This document shows, piece after piece, positions 36,833 to 49,153 of a stretch of DNA of 64,000 bases. The stretch is from Centroscyllium fabricii. Its lineage: Eukaryota. The stretch lies in contig JBNRSN020000007.1 in assembly GCA_051313645.2 (NCBI GenBank), positions 252,216,001-252,280,000 on the forward strand, read 5' to 3'. How positions within the stretch are numbered: position 1 is the stretch's first letter; every line of letters begins with the position of its first letter. The notes beneath the pieces were generated by a model that worked only from the letters and a program-made list of their open reading frames with translations, did no database searches and had not been told where the DNA came from. A program made the position numbers and the translations under genes.

Positions 36833-37610
36833 TTTATCTCATAATATTCGAAAAAACTTTTTGCTAATATTACTGATTCAGAGCTAGGAAACTTAACAAT
36901 CTCAGCGCCGTTACATTTTGTACTTGCTACTGCTCCGGCACCTATACTTGGCAGTAAAACCGTAACATTTCACAAACTGCAGTAAGTTCTGCTTTTATGT
37001 TTGCTCTACTATCACAGTCCATGATTGAAAAAAAACCTTCTAGGATACCCCAATACCGTGACCACAGTTTCTTTAATAAAAGTTTCTGGCCATGACTCAG
37101 TCCAGAAGCACTGCTTACCCAGTCGTTTAATAGTTGTAGCGACTGACCACACATCTACCACGTCTCATTCAAAGCACTCTTGAATAGCCACCTCACTGTT
37201 GACTGCAGTAATTGTGCCACTAACACTGTAAGAGGAACTACAACTCCGAATATAGTCCAAGCAACTCTCGTTCACTAGAGCAGAAACTGAACATCTTTTT
37301 CCTTCTTAAGAGCTTAAGCACTTCTATTTCCTCAGCCTTATTCCTTGTTGTGTTTGTCCGCAGCATCTTTTAACATTATTAGCTTCACAATGTTTTGGTT
37401 ATCCTAGGAGTTTTCTTTCAAACATGGACTGTGGTAATATAGCAAATATAAAAGCAGAATTTAGTGCAGTTCATGAAATGTTAGGGTTCTACAGCCAAGT
37501 AGATTCCGGAACACAAGCAAGTACAGAATGAGACAGCACGTCGATGGTTAGGTTTCCTAGCTCCGAATCGTGATAACAAAAAAGTGTTTCAAATATTATG
37601 AGATTAATCT
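36833..37610. repeat. Old long inverted repeat (fold-back), arms about 225 bp
   Basis: 36833-37060 aligns to the reverse complement of 37385-37610 with many substitutions (e.g. gagctaggaaac / gtttcctagctc, cacagtccatg / catggactgtg). Confidence 0.8.
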
Positions 37611-37632
37611 TTCAATGTGCCACTTCTTAATG

Positions 37633-37838
37633 CAAGAAGTCACACAACACCAGATTATAGTCCAACGGTTTTATTTTAAATCACAAGCTTTCGGAGCTTC
37701 TGCCCCTTTGTCAGGTGACGAAGGGGCAGAAGCTCCGAAAGCTTGTGATTTAAAATAAAACCGTTGGACTATAATCTGGTGTTGTGTGACTTCTTGCATT
37801 TGTCCACCCCAGTCCAACACCGGCACCTCCACATTATG
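37633..37838. mobile_element. Short fold-back Penelope-derived element
   Basis: Near-perfect hairpin of about 80-bp arms and 14-bp duplication gccacttcttaatg (37619-37632, 37839-37852). Confidence 0.88.
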
Positions 37839-38704
37839 GCCACTTCTTAATGGCAATGCTGAAGCAATACTGTACACTTTTACACTTAAAAACTTGTCTT
37901 TATTTCTTACAGAAATGGCAAAGTCTGGGAGCAAAAGTACCAGCATTTTATTTTGAAGAACTAATTACAGGAGCACTGCACATTCATGTCCTGGAACAGC
38001 CGGTGCTGAATACTGTTTCGAGACTGTTACACTGACAGAATGTTTATGCTGCAAATGATTCCTATTTGATACGATTGGGTTAGTTTATCAATTCTCACCT
38101 ACTGTCACTTTCCATGCACAACAGCTAAGAATTTATTGTTTGTTACATTAGCAGGCGAATGCTTAATATAATCATAAGATAGTCATCTGTCTGTTAATTT
38201 AAGGCATGCATTTTAAACAAGTTAATATTTCTGCTGATATAGCAGACAGAGGACAATCATACTAGTACATTACACTTTTGTCCATTAACATCACCAACAG
38301 TAATTTCTCGGCCAGCATTTCCAGATGCTTGCACACTACCACTGCTCTTACTGCTTTGGCTTCAGATCACAGTAAAAAGGGCATATTTAAAAACAAAGAG
38401 GTAGGAACAAGAAAATGAATTCAGCTCATCTATCCCACATCTTTACTGACAATTTTACAATACCTTCCACCCCGCCCCCAATCTCATTTTTTTCCTACTC
38501 TCAGCTCAATCAGGAATTCGTCTGTTTTGTTACAACTGCAGTTAGGTCCTGCCTCAGCCAACCCAAGTCATTATTTTAAATGCAATTATGATTAAAGCTT
38601 GATACTGTAACCTACTGTTGCGTGATATTTGCAAAAAAATGCCTAATGTGTTTGTATCTGTAAAGAATTCCTGTGAGCCTCAAGAAAATATCTGCTTTTA
38701 AATA

Positions 38705-39259
38705 CAGGTTGAGCACCGTTAATCGGGCAACCGAAAAGCCGGAAACTTCAGTCGTCGGCACAAATCGCCCTGACTGCCCTGCGCATGCGCAAAATGGCCG
38801 CCGTGATCGTGGCTTTGGCGAATGATCTGCGCATGCGCCGCCGAACGGCGAGCGCATGCGCAGATCATTCGCCAAAGCCGCGCTCACGGCGACCATTTTG
38901 CACATGCGCAGGGCAGTTGGGGCGAGCAGGCACACAGGACAGGAGAGGCGAGAGAGAGCAGCAGAGCCCATCCAGCCTTTGATACCCGGCACATTTACAC
39001 TCACCGTCCCGATGGCTTCATGAGACGCTGACCCCATGGAAGGCAGCAGCGGCTTCAACAGTGGCTCTGACTCAGGAGGCCGAGAGCTCCGGCGCCTCGG
39101 AGTCGCTGGGAGACGAGGAGGAGACCTTCTCCAACCTGTCGGATGAGGAGCAGATGCCCGCCATCGAGGGCCCAACTTCGGGGTGGCCAATTCGCATGAT
39201 CTGTGCATGCGCTCGCCGTTCGGCGGCACATGCGCAGATCATTCAAAACTTTGCGGCGG
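38705..39259. mobile_element. Tigger/pogo-like MITE, copy 5 (right end lost at a CR1 junction)
   Basis: Left TIR, TGCGCATGCGCA subrepeats, unrelated GC-rich interior. Confidence 0.78.
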
Positions 39260-40290
39260 TTATTTGTAGGGAATCAGTATTTGTAGGGAAATGGTGTTAG
39301 GGAAATTGATGGGATTGAAGGCCGATAAATCCGCAGGGCCGGATAATCTACATCCTAGGGTACTTAAGGAAGTGGCCCTAGAAATAGTAGATGCATTGCT
39401 GGTTATCTTCCAAAATTCCATAGACTCTCGAACAGTACCCATGGATTGGAGGGTAGCTAATGTTACCCCACTGTTCAAAAAAGGTGGCAGAGAAAAAATG
39501 GGGAATTACAGCCTGGTAAGCCTGACATCGATAGTGGGGAAAATGCTAGAGTCCATTATAAAAGATGTAATAGCAGAGCACTTGGAAAATAGTGACCGGA
39601 TCGGACAAAGTCAACATGGATTTACAAAGGGTAAATTGTGCTTGACTAATCTGCTGGAATTGTTTGAGAACGTAACTGGTAAAATAGATAAGGGAGAACC
39701 AGTGGATGTGGTGTATTTGGACTTTCAAAAGGCTTTCAATAAGGTCCCACATAAGAGATTAGCGTGTAAAGTTAAGGCTCATGGGATTGGGGGCAAGGTA
39801 TTGACTTAGATAGAGAACTGGTTGGCAGACTGAAAGCAAAGAGTTGGAGTAAACAGATCTTTTTCTGAGTGGCAGGCAGTGACTGGTGGGGTACCGCAGG
39901 GATCGGAACTTGGACCCCAGCTATTCACAATATATATTAATGATCTAGACGAGGGTACTAGATGCAATATCTCCAACTTTGCAGATGACACAAAGCTGGG
40001 TGGGCGTGTGTGCTGTGAGGAGGATGCCGAGAAACTCCAGTATGATTTGGACAGGTTAGGTGATTGGGCAGAAGTATGGCAGATGCAGAAGTATGGCGGA
40101 TGCAATATAACATGGATAAATGTAAGGTTATTCACTTTGGTGTCAAAAACAGGAAGGCAGATTATCTGAATGGCAATAGATTGGGAGAAGGGGAAGTACA
40201 ATGAGACCTGGGTGTCCTTGTGCACCAGTCGCGGAAAGTAAGCATGCAGGTGCAGCAGGTGGTTAAGAAGGCAAATGGTATGTTGGCCTT
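39260..40290 (+). mobile_element. CR1 LINE RT fragment
   Basis: [34 protein letters not shown]. Confidence 0.92.
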
Positions 40291-41540
40291 CTCCCCAAGT
40301 CCCTTGATCCCTTTAGCCTTAAGAAATATATCGAACTCCTTCTTGAATATATTTAATGAATTGACCTCAACTGCCTTATGTGGTAGAGAATTCCACAGGT
40401 TCACCACTCTCTGGGTGAAGAAATTTCTCCTTATCTCAGTTCTAAATGGCTTACCCCTTATCCTTAAGACTATGACCCCCTGATTCTGGACTCCCCCGCC
40501 ATCGGGAACATCCTTCCTGCATCTAGTCTGTCTAGTCCTGTTAGTTTCAATGAGATCCCCTCTCATTCTTTTAAACTCTAGCGAATATAAGCCTAATCGA
40601 CCCAATCTCTCCTCATATGTCATTCCTGCCATTCCAGGTATCGGTCTGGTGAATCTTCGCTGCACTTCCTCCATGGCAAGAACATCCTTCCTCAGATAAG
40701 GTGACCAAAACTGCACACAATACTCAGATGTGGTCTCACCAAGGCCCTGTACAACTGCAGCAAGACATCCTTGCTCCTGTACTCGAATCCTCTCGCTAGG
40801 AAGGCCAACATACCATTTGCCTTCTTAACCACCTGTTGCACCTGCATGCTTACCTTCAGCGACTGGTGCACAAGGACACCCAGGTCTCGTTGCACTTCCC
40901 CTTCTCCCAATCTATTGCCGTTTAAGGCCCTGTCACACCTAGACGTTTTAGCCAGCGTATGCAAATTTGGCTAAAACGCTGGGTTACGTCGGATACGTTA
41001 TGGGTACGTTATGCATACGCTGGGCATACGCTGGGCATAAGTTGCATACGTCGTTGTACTTCGAGTAAGTCGAGATTTTTTGAGCATGCACAAAAAATCT
41101 CGACGTATCCTGCGTATGATTCACACGTTCCGCATACGCTGGCCATACGTTGTAGGCACGTTAGGCGAACGTTGAACACACTTTACCTGTGCCCCTGTCA
41201 TGCCCTGTCACACCTTGACGATTTAAGCTAGCGTATGCCAACGTATCAAAATTTATCTAAAACGTCGGCGATACGCTGCCGCGCGCTATGCATACGTTAG
41301 ACTATCGTTGGGCATAAGTTGTGAACGCCGACAACACGCTAAGCATTCGTTGGTATAAGTTATCTGTAAGTTATCGATACGTTCTGTGTACGTTACTAAT
41401 ACGTTATGCATACGTTATGAATACGCTATTATACGCCCAAAACTGAAAAAAAGTCAAAAGTTCAGCGTTTTAGCCAAATTTGCATACGCTGGCTAAAACG
41501 TCTAGGTGTGACAGGGCCTTAAGATAATAATCTGTCTTCA
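40285..41540 (-). mobile_element. CR1 LINE 3' region in inverted orientation, interrupted by a MITE
   Basis: QRDLGVLVH, RPHL, RMRGDLIE, FFTQRVVNLWNSLP on the minus strand. Confidence 0.85.
40926..41518. mobile_element. CpG-rich MITE with perfect 56-bp TIRs (Harbinger- or Kolobok-like)
   Basis: 40926-40981 is the exact reverse complement of 41463-41518. Flanked by TTAA on both sides. Confidence 0.9.
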
Positions 41541-42295
41541 CAAGCCATATATAAAATCTTAGAAATTACAGAACCAACAGAGCCCATTCAGTCTATCGTG
41601 TTAGTCAACTCTAATGACATTAAAATGGGAGCATTTGAATAGAAGTTTTTCCAGACTAATTTGGAGTTATTTATGATATCAGATTTTATTACCTTTTAAA
41701 TTACAAGTGAACATTTACAAATGAAAATTAATAGCACACTGACCCCACACCAACAGCAATCGATCTGGTAATATCTACTTATTTACAAGTTGTGTTATGT
41801 ATGCATAAGTTTGCATTCACTTTGTTGTTTTGTTAACAATTCACCCAAAGACAACTATCCACATTACTCTCAAAATTTAAAAAAATGACTAGAAACCCTA
41901 TTATGTCCACAATCCAGACAGAAATAATCACTAATGAGGTTGGATAAGCAAACCAAAGTACACAGGAAGTAAGGCATCATTGAAATCAAGACCCCTTATG
42001 CAGCAGCATCACTTCCTGTCAGCAGTCAGAAATTCCTCCAAAGCTTTAAGGAACTGATTTTAAAAGGGAACATCAATGAGGAACAAACTGCAAGAGCTGT
42101 TCTCCATCAGTAACAACTCTGTCTAACCATTAAAAAAAGGAAAAAAAATCACACTGTGTTTTGCAATTGTGCCCCATTGTTTGCAGACTGAGGTGTTAAG
42201 GTATGCTAATATGCTTGTGTGCTCTAGGGTTGGATGTATGGGATCAAATTTCTCCCCTCCCCCATGTGTGTGATCTTTGACCTCAGTTTCTCTTT

Positions 42296-42420
42296 GCCTG
42301 ACGAAGGGGCAGACGCTCCGAAAGCTTGTGATTTAAAATAAAATGTTGGACTTTAAACCTGGTGTTGTGTGACTTTTTGCATTTGTCCACCCCAGTCCAA
42401 CACCGGCACCTCCGCATTAT
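42296..42420 (+). mobile_element. Solo Penelope pLTR fragment
   Basis: ctgacgaaggggcagacgctccgaaagcttgtg...ccaacaccggcacctcc. Confidence 0.8.
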
Positions 42421-44269
42421 AACCATTTGAAGTAGTGTGAAACTGAACATAAATCCTCAGGCAAATACTGCAAACAGATAAAATAAAAATAGGCTGTTCC
42501 TTTGGATTCTGTTGGGAGGTAGCCTCATTTCTATTCCAACATCTAATCAACATTTTACCCACAGATCCTCCCACCAACTGAATCTCTTCCCTGGTGCAAC
42601 AGAATATTCCCAAGAAATCCAAGTGCCTACTGATATTCCAACTTCAAATGGATCTTGAGAATGTATGAATCATGGAACAGCTACTCCGGAATTTTTGTTC
42701 ATGTAAGTAAAGAAATCCAAGAAATCTGTAACATTTTCCTCTCATCCCCAATTCATTCCTGAATTTTGTCACTGGGGAAGCAATGCACAGCGCCAATCTA
42801 GTTAAAGGTTTGTATAACTTTAGAAGGAGCATTTATAATGGTGGAATTTACTGATATTATCCAAATCCAGCTTGCAATGAGACTGCATATAAACTAAGGA
42901 CCGAGTGGCTGCACAATATAATTATAACAGTGCGGCCTCAATTTGGTAGGAATATGAGGTTCTTGTATTTCTAATCGTATATTTTATTAATTCGAGTTCT
43001 GGCTGATTGTAGGCAAAATAGGTATCTGCTCTGCAAGAATGCGAAGACCCAAAGATGAAAAAAAGCGTTACCCCCGTGTACCAATTCTGCTGATGGTCAA
43101 TACAGTATCATGCCCTGGAAAAACTGAAGCTGGGAGAATCCAGAACAAGGCCCTCAAACCATATAAAACGTATAGTCAAATAGCAACCAAGAATGTGGAT
43201 TTGACAGATAGCAAGTTAAGAGAGGTACCTGTAATAGCCAACAGTTCAAAAGTAGGATCTATAAGGGCTCAAATGAGAAGAAGACAGAACTCGTGCAGGA
43301 GGCCAAGAAAATATAATTGCCTTTCAAGGGAGTGCGACTAATTGGTAGCTTTTTCAGAGATCTGGCAACAGGCATGATGGGCCGAATGGCCTCCTTCTAC
43401 GCCGAATGATTTTAAATATGATAATTTTAGAGAGAAGTTCTGCTGCTCAAATCTGGACTCACCTGGGTGACACCTATGGCTGAGGTCCAAGAGTAAAAAA
43501 GTGGCACGTGTAGAAAACCTTCATGCAGGAATTCAAGAATCTGGCCTACAATGATCGATTACATTAAATGGTAAACCCTTGAGAAACAGGACAATGTACT
43601 TAAAACCAGAAAGAACTGTACAAACCCCTCTGAAAGTTAAGATGTTTTAGCCTATCTTGTTAGTGACCAGGGTTTAGCAACCCCGAAGAGCCATTTTCTT
43701 TTTAATTCTGTGATTAAAGCAGAGACCATGCCAACATTTAAGAATAGGCTAGATAGGTGGACAAAGGAAAGGGGAATAAAGGGATATGGGAACAGTACAG
43801 GCACATGGGATTAGGACTACTGCTTGTGTGGAGGATAAACACCAACTTGGGCTAGTTGGGCCAAGCAGCCTGTTTCTGTATTGCAATTTCTATGTAAGTT
43901 TGAAGATCAAATCTTGACCTCACATTGAACATCATGCGGAGAGGCCTTGCAAGCACAGAAAGCATAAATCTAGCACAAGGTTAAAAAAATATGATCCTGG
44001 TTAGTGAAAACAGATAAACTTCTTTAAACATTAAAAAAAGTTTCCCAAAGATTAGATACATTAAGAGATGAAATAACATAGAAGTTTCCCTGTACTGTGT
44101 ACTATGAAAAGATATGGTCGGCCAAATCATCAATGTATTGTTCAAAGATCTCCCCTTACCTTCCCTGTTGATGGAAGGTACGCTTGCATGTGGAGGTTCT
44201 TGATTTTAATTATGCACGAGCACCTTATCTTTTGTGTTAGTCTAATTCCAAAGAGTGAAGGTACTTTTG

Positions 44270-44700
44270 TCAATCAGACAAACTTGAATTTAAATAGCAC
44301 CTCAGTGTGTGTCCTTAGAATGTTTCAAAGTGTTTCATAGCCCTTGGAAGAAGTTATATGGGTAAAACTTGACAGCCATTTTGCACAAACAATTTCCCCA
44401 CAAATGCAAATAAGATAAATGCCTAGCTAATCTATTTTTCGTGGTGTTGGTCGAGAGAGAAAGGTTGACCATGACACTGGGCGAACTCCTTGCCCTCAGG
44501 AACCTTTGAGGCCCACTTGAAGACACAGCTGGGGGCCTCAGTTTAACTGCTCGATTTTTAAGATGGCACCTCTGACAATACAGCACTCCCTCAGTACTTC
44601 ACTGAAGTTTTCAGTCTAGATTATGTCCAAAAATCCTGGTGTGGGGCTTAAACCTTCTGACTCAAAGGCAAAAGTGCAACAAGCTGAGCCAAACTGAAGC
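44270..44700 (-). mobile_element. Deu-domain SINE, diverged
   Basis: Reverse complement of Deu core and tRNA head (tggctcagcttg). Confidence 0.6.
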
Positions 44701-45315
44701 TATAAATCGAAGGGAATGAGGGTGAATGGGGAATAAAAACTGGCTTAATCATTTTATTGCCAAATCTTTCATCTTGAATACAGTATTTCTTTGGGGAAAA
44801 TGTAACCATACAAAACAAAACCCTCACTCCTGTGTGGTATCCATCTTTTGGGTCCTCCACCCTGTAAAATGCTCCATGTCATTTTCCTCCAGGTAAGGAG
44901 TACTTTAGAAATCCAAGTTATCACGTTATACTTAATTACTTTTACATAGCAGGTAATGAGATAAAGGCTTCACTACTATTAAAGTTACCAACACATTGCT
45001 GTGAACATCAAAGTGCTTTTCATGGCACAAACATATCCTGTTTGGACTGCCTAGGTTGTGAATCTGCTAATGGAACAGCATAAACAAGCAACTGATCTAA
45101 TTACTGAGTCAGCTTTCGATTTATCCGTGCCTCTCTCAGTAATATGTGATACCACTGGGATCACTTGATACACCAGCCCTGGAATCCCTGTGCCTGCATA
45201 TTTGATTCAAAAAGGTCTGAGGCAGTATTCTAAAAATGGCAACTTTCAGATCTGAAGTTAAAATAAACCCACTCGGCCAAATCTTCCTGAAAAAAATAAC
45301 GCATGAAAACGACGC

Positions 45316-45716
45316 ATGCCGCGGGTAGTCAAAACTGCCCAACGAATCACCGGTACCCAACTACCGTCAATGGAAAGCATCTACCTCAAACGCTGCTTAC
45401 GGAGGTCTCTGAACATTATTAAAGACCCCACACACCCCAGCCACAGTCTGTTCGCCCCCCTGCCCTCCGGAAGACGCTACAGATCAATTCGCACCCGCAC
45501 GACTAGATTTAAGAACAGCTTCTTCCCCAGGGCTGTCAGCCTCCTGAACTCTAAAAATAAACTCCGGTACCTGCACGCCTGATAATGTACTTTACTGTAT
45601 GCAATTTGCATGTAATTTATTTGTACTATTCTCGGGAGCGTCGAGTCTTCGTCTCGTTGTATTGTACTAGTACTCTGCAATGACAATAAAACTTGAATTG
45701 AATTGAATTGAATTAA
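45316..45716 (+). mobile_element. Rex1/Babar-clade LINE 3' end
   Basis: RVVKTAQRITG...DPTHPSHSLF...LPSGRRYRS...RFKNSFFPRAV, then tgacaataaaac(ttgaa)n. Related fragments at about 45720-46065, 46215-46410 (-) and 62820-63070. Confidence 0.85.
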
Positions 45717-47889
45717 TTCCAGACCAGGTGTCGGAACAAGGCCCGCTCCATCATCCAGGACCCCAATCACCCTGGGCCCGATCTGTTCTCCCCTCCTGCG
45801 GTCCGGCTGTCGGCGCAGCAGCATCCGAACCAGGACCAGCAGGTTCAAGAACATTTTCTACCCACAGGCAGTGTGCCTACTGAACTGGTAATCACACTTG
45901 TTCGCTTATTTGTTTCTTTATTTGCTTATTATGTCTACATCTATACTTGTTTTTACTTCCTGCATTTTATATTTATATGTATATGTGGGAATGGGGAGTA
46001 AACCACTGTACCAGTTACATATGGCAAGATAATCAAAATCAAAATCAAATCAAATCAAAATCAAATCGGCGAGCAGGTTCAGGGGCTGAACAGACACATC
46101 CGGAGTTGTGAATCTCCGTAACTTGCCGGTCGATTTCCGCCACTCCATTTTTTGCCTCACACAAACAGCATCTCGACTTTAGTCTCCCCATTATTTTTAA
46201 GAACTTGCTGGATTTTCAATTCAATTCAAGTTTTATTGTCATTGCAGAGTACTAGTACAATACAACGAGACGTAGACTCGCCGCTCCCGAGAGTAGTGCA
46301 AATAAGTTACATACAATTGCATTACAGTAAAGTACATTTCAGGTGTGCAGATACTGGTGTTTTTTGTTAGAGTTCAGGAGGCTGACAGCCCTGGAGGAAG
46401 AAGCTGTTCTTGTAATTTGCACATAAATTTGCACATAAATTGCCCATTATACTCACCACCGAAAGTTAGGGCTCATAATTAACAGTGCAAGTACCCTTTA
46501 ATCAACGTTGTAATTGTTAATGCAATGACAATCAATCCCTCAGGGGCAGAAAGGAAACTATTTAAACTGTTGAGTCTCATTCCTGCATGTAGTGAATTGC
46601 TGTTCGAGATATTGGCCCAGAAATTTGGGTCCCCACGGGCGAGTAGGTGCTGGGTACTCATCAGTAGGCCCAGCGAAAGTGCTGGTTTCGTGCATACACT
46701 GCACATGCGCGGGAAACCAGAACTTCCGTTCCCTTAAAGGAAGGGGTTCACAGGTCGAACGCGTGCGCCGGAGAGGCAACGCATACGTCTGGAACTTCCG
46801 GTTTTTTTGCAGCTTTCTCCGGGAGGGTAAGTCTCCAGGAGTTACACTTTTAAAAAGCAGGTGCAAGGCCTGCTTTTAACAAGGTTAAGTGGTGAATTAA
46901 TTAAAATTAAAAAAAAAAATTACAAAGGTTTATTATTTTTAAATACTTTAAAGAAAGGTAAGTTTATTTTTAGCCCAGTTAGAAAATGTAATACATTTTT
47001 TCAAAAATTTAAATTATTGTTTAAAAGTTATTTTATGTAATTTATAGTTATTTCAAAAATGTGATTTAAAAAAAATTATTTGAAGTTTTAGTTATGTTTT
47101 GGGGCTTATGGTATTTATAGTTTTGACAGCTCTTCCCATCAACTTTATGAATGGGCATTCCCTGCTACCATTGGCTCTCCGTGGCCCACGTGATCCCAGG
47201 GGATGCATCAAACTAACTGCACGCCGGCAGTTGGAGCAGGCCCAGGATCAGAATCCTGCGCGGGCCCACAGTTGTTGTTTCGTTTCCAATCTTTAAATTT
47301 AATTTGGTTAAGGAACACACTTGTTTGTCCCATCGTTCACTAAGGTCCCATAATCAGCTTCCAACAAATTACGGCACAAAAACTTTGAACTGAATGATGC
47401 AGGAAAATGTCTTACTAACGGCTGTGATATTCCCCGCTCCAGCGAGATTTAGTCCACCGTCTCACTCCTCTAATCACCATGGCAGGACTGCTGTCACCGC
47501 CTGCTTGCTTACTCTTTCAATTATAGGGTGCTACAAGCCTCTCATCTTCATATATTCTGGCACTGCCAGTAAGATTATTGCTGTAACTTTTTAATATGAT
47601 ACATCTGTTTTGATCGGTACATTTTCTTAGTTGTGCAACAAGTACTAATGTTCATAAATCAAAAATGCTGTCCCAGTCTTGCATTAAAAAGTTGCCCTCC
47701 CACTTGTTTTTATAATTTAATTAATTTTTCATGAAAAGATTTACACTCTGATCAGTAAATAGTCAAATAAATGAGATTGTTTTAAATATCTGTTTATATG
47801 GATAAATATCAAAGTTTTGAGATTTATCCATCAGTTCAAGTATCACATGCAAATTTTTATATTAAAAAATAAATGATCGAAAGATTTTT

Positions 47890-49075
47890 TTAAATATATT
47901 TATTCATGGGATGTGGGCGTCCCTGGCAAGGCCAGCATTTATTGCCCATCCCTAGTTGCCCTTGAGAAGGTGAGCTGCCTTCTTGAACTGCTGCAGTCGG
48001 TGTGAGGGAGTTCCAGGATTTTGACCCAGCAACGATGAAGGATCAGCAATATATTTCCAAGTTAGGATGGTGTGTGACTTGGAGGGGCATTTGGAGGTGG
48101 TGGTGTTCCCATGCGCTTGCTGTCCATGTCTTTCTAGGCGGTTGAGGTCACGGGTTTGGGAGGTGCTGTCAAAGAAGCCTTGGTAAGTTGCAGCAATGCA
48201 TCTTGTAGATGGTACACACTGCAGCCATGGTGCGCCGATGGCGGAGGGAGTAAATGTGTTTAAGATGGTGGATGGGCTGCTTTGTCCTGGATGGTATCAA
48301 GCTTCTTGAGAGTTGTTGGAACTACACTCATCCAGGCAAGAGTTGCATCACACGCCTGACTTGTGCCTTGTAGATGATGGAAAGGGAAGTCAGGAAGTGA
48401 GACACTCACCACAGAATACCCAGCCTCTGACCTGCTTGTGTGGCCACAGTGTTTATATGGCTGGTCCAGTTAAGCTTCTGGTCAATGGTGACCCCCCCAG
48501 GATGTTGATGGTGGGAGATTCGATTATGTTAATGCCATTGAATGTCAAGGGGCGGTGGTTAGACGCTCTCTTAGTGGAGATAGTCATTGCCTGGCACTTG
48601 TGTGGCGCGAATGTTACTCGTCGCTTATCAGTCCAAGCCTGAATGTCGTCCAGGTCTTGCTGCATCATTCTCTGAGAAATTGTGAATGGAACGGAATATT
48701 GTGCAATCAGCGTACATCCCCACTTCTGACCTTATGTTGGAGTGAATGTCATTGATAGACAAAGAAGAAACATAGAAGATAGGAGCAGGAGTAGGCCATT
48801 CGGCCCTTTGAGCCTGCTCCGCCATTCAATGAGATCATGGCTGATTATCCAAACCCAGTACCCTGTCCCTGCCTTGTCCCCATATCCCTCGATCCCTATC
48901 GAGCCTGCACCGACACATATCCCACCCTATCCCTGTAACCCCACATATTCAATCCCCCTAACACTAAGGGTCAATTTATCATGGCCAATCAACCTAACCC
49001 ACACATCTTTGATGAAGCAGTTGAAGATGGTTGGGCCTAGGACAGTGCCCTGAGAAACTCCTGCAGCTACGTCTG
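47890..49075 (-). mobile_element. CR1-group LINE 3' fragment with an inserted truncated HE1 SINE (48768-49010)
   Basis: GVSQGTVLGPTIF, MYAD, QQDLDDIQAW, FAPHKCQAM motifs. Confidence 0.78.
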
Positions 49076-49153
49076 GTCTGCTAAGAGCAATCAGCCTATA
49101 ATCTACCAGAGGAAGGCATAGCAATTAGATGTTGTGGCCTTAAAAGGACATAT

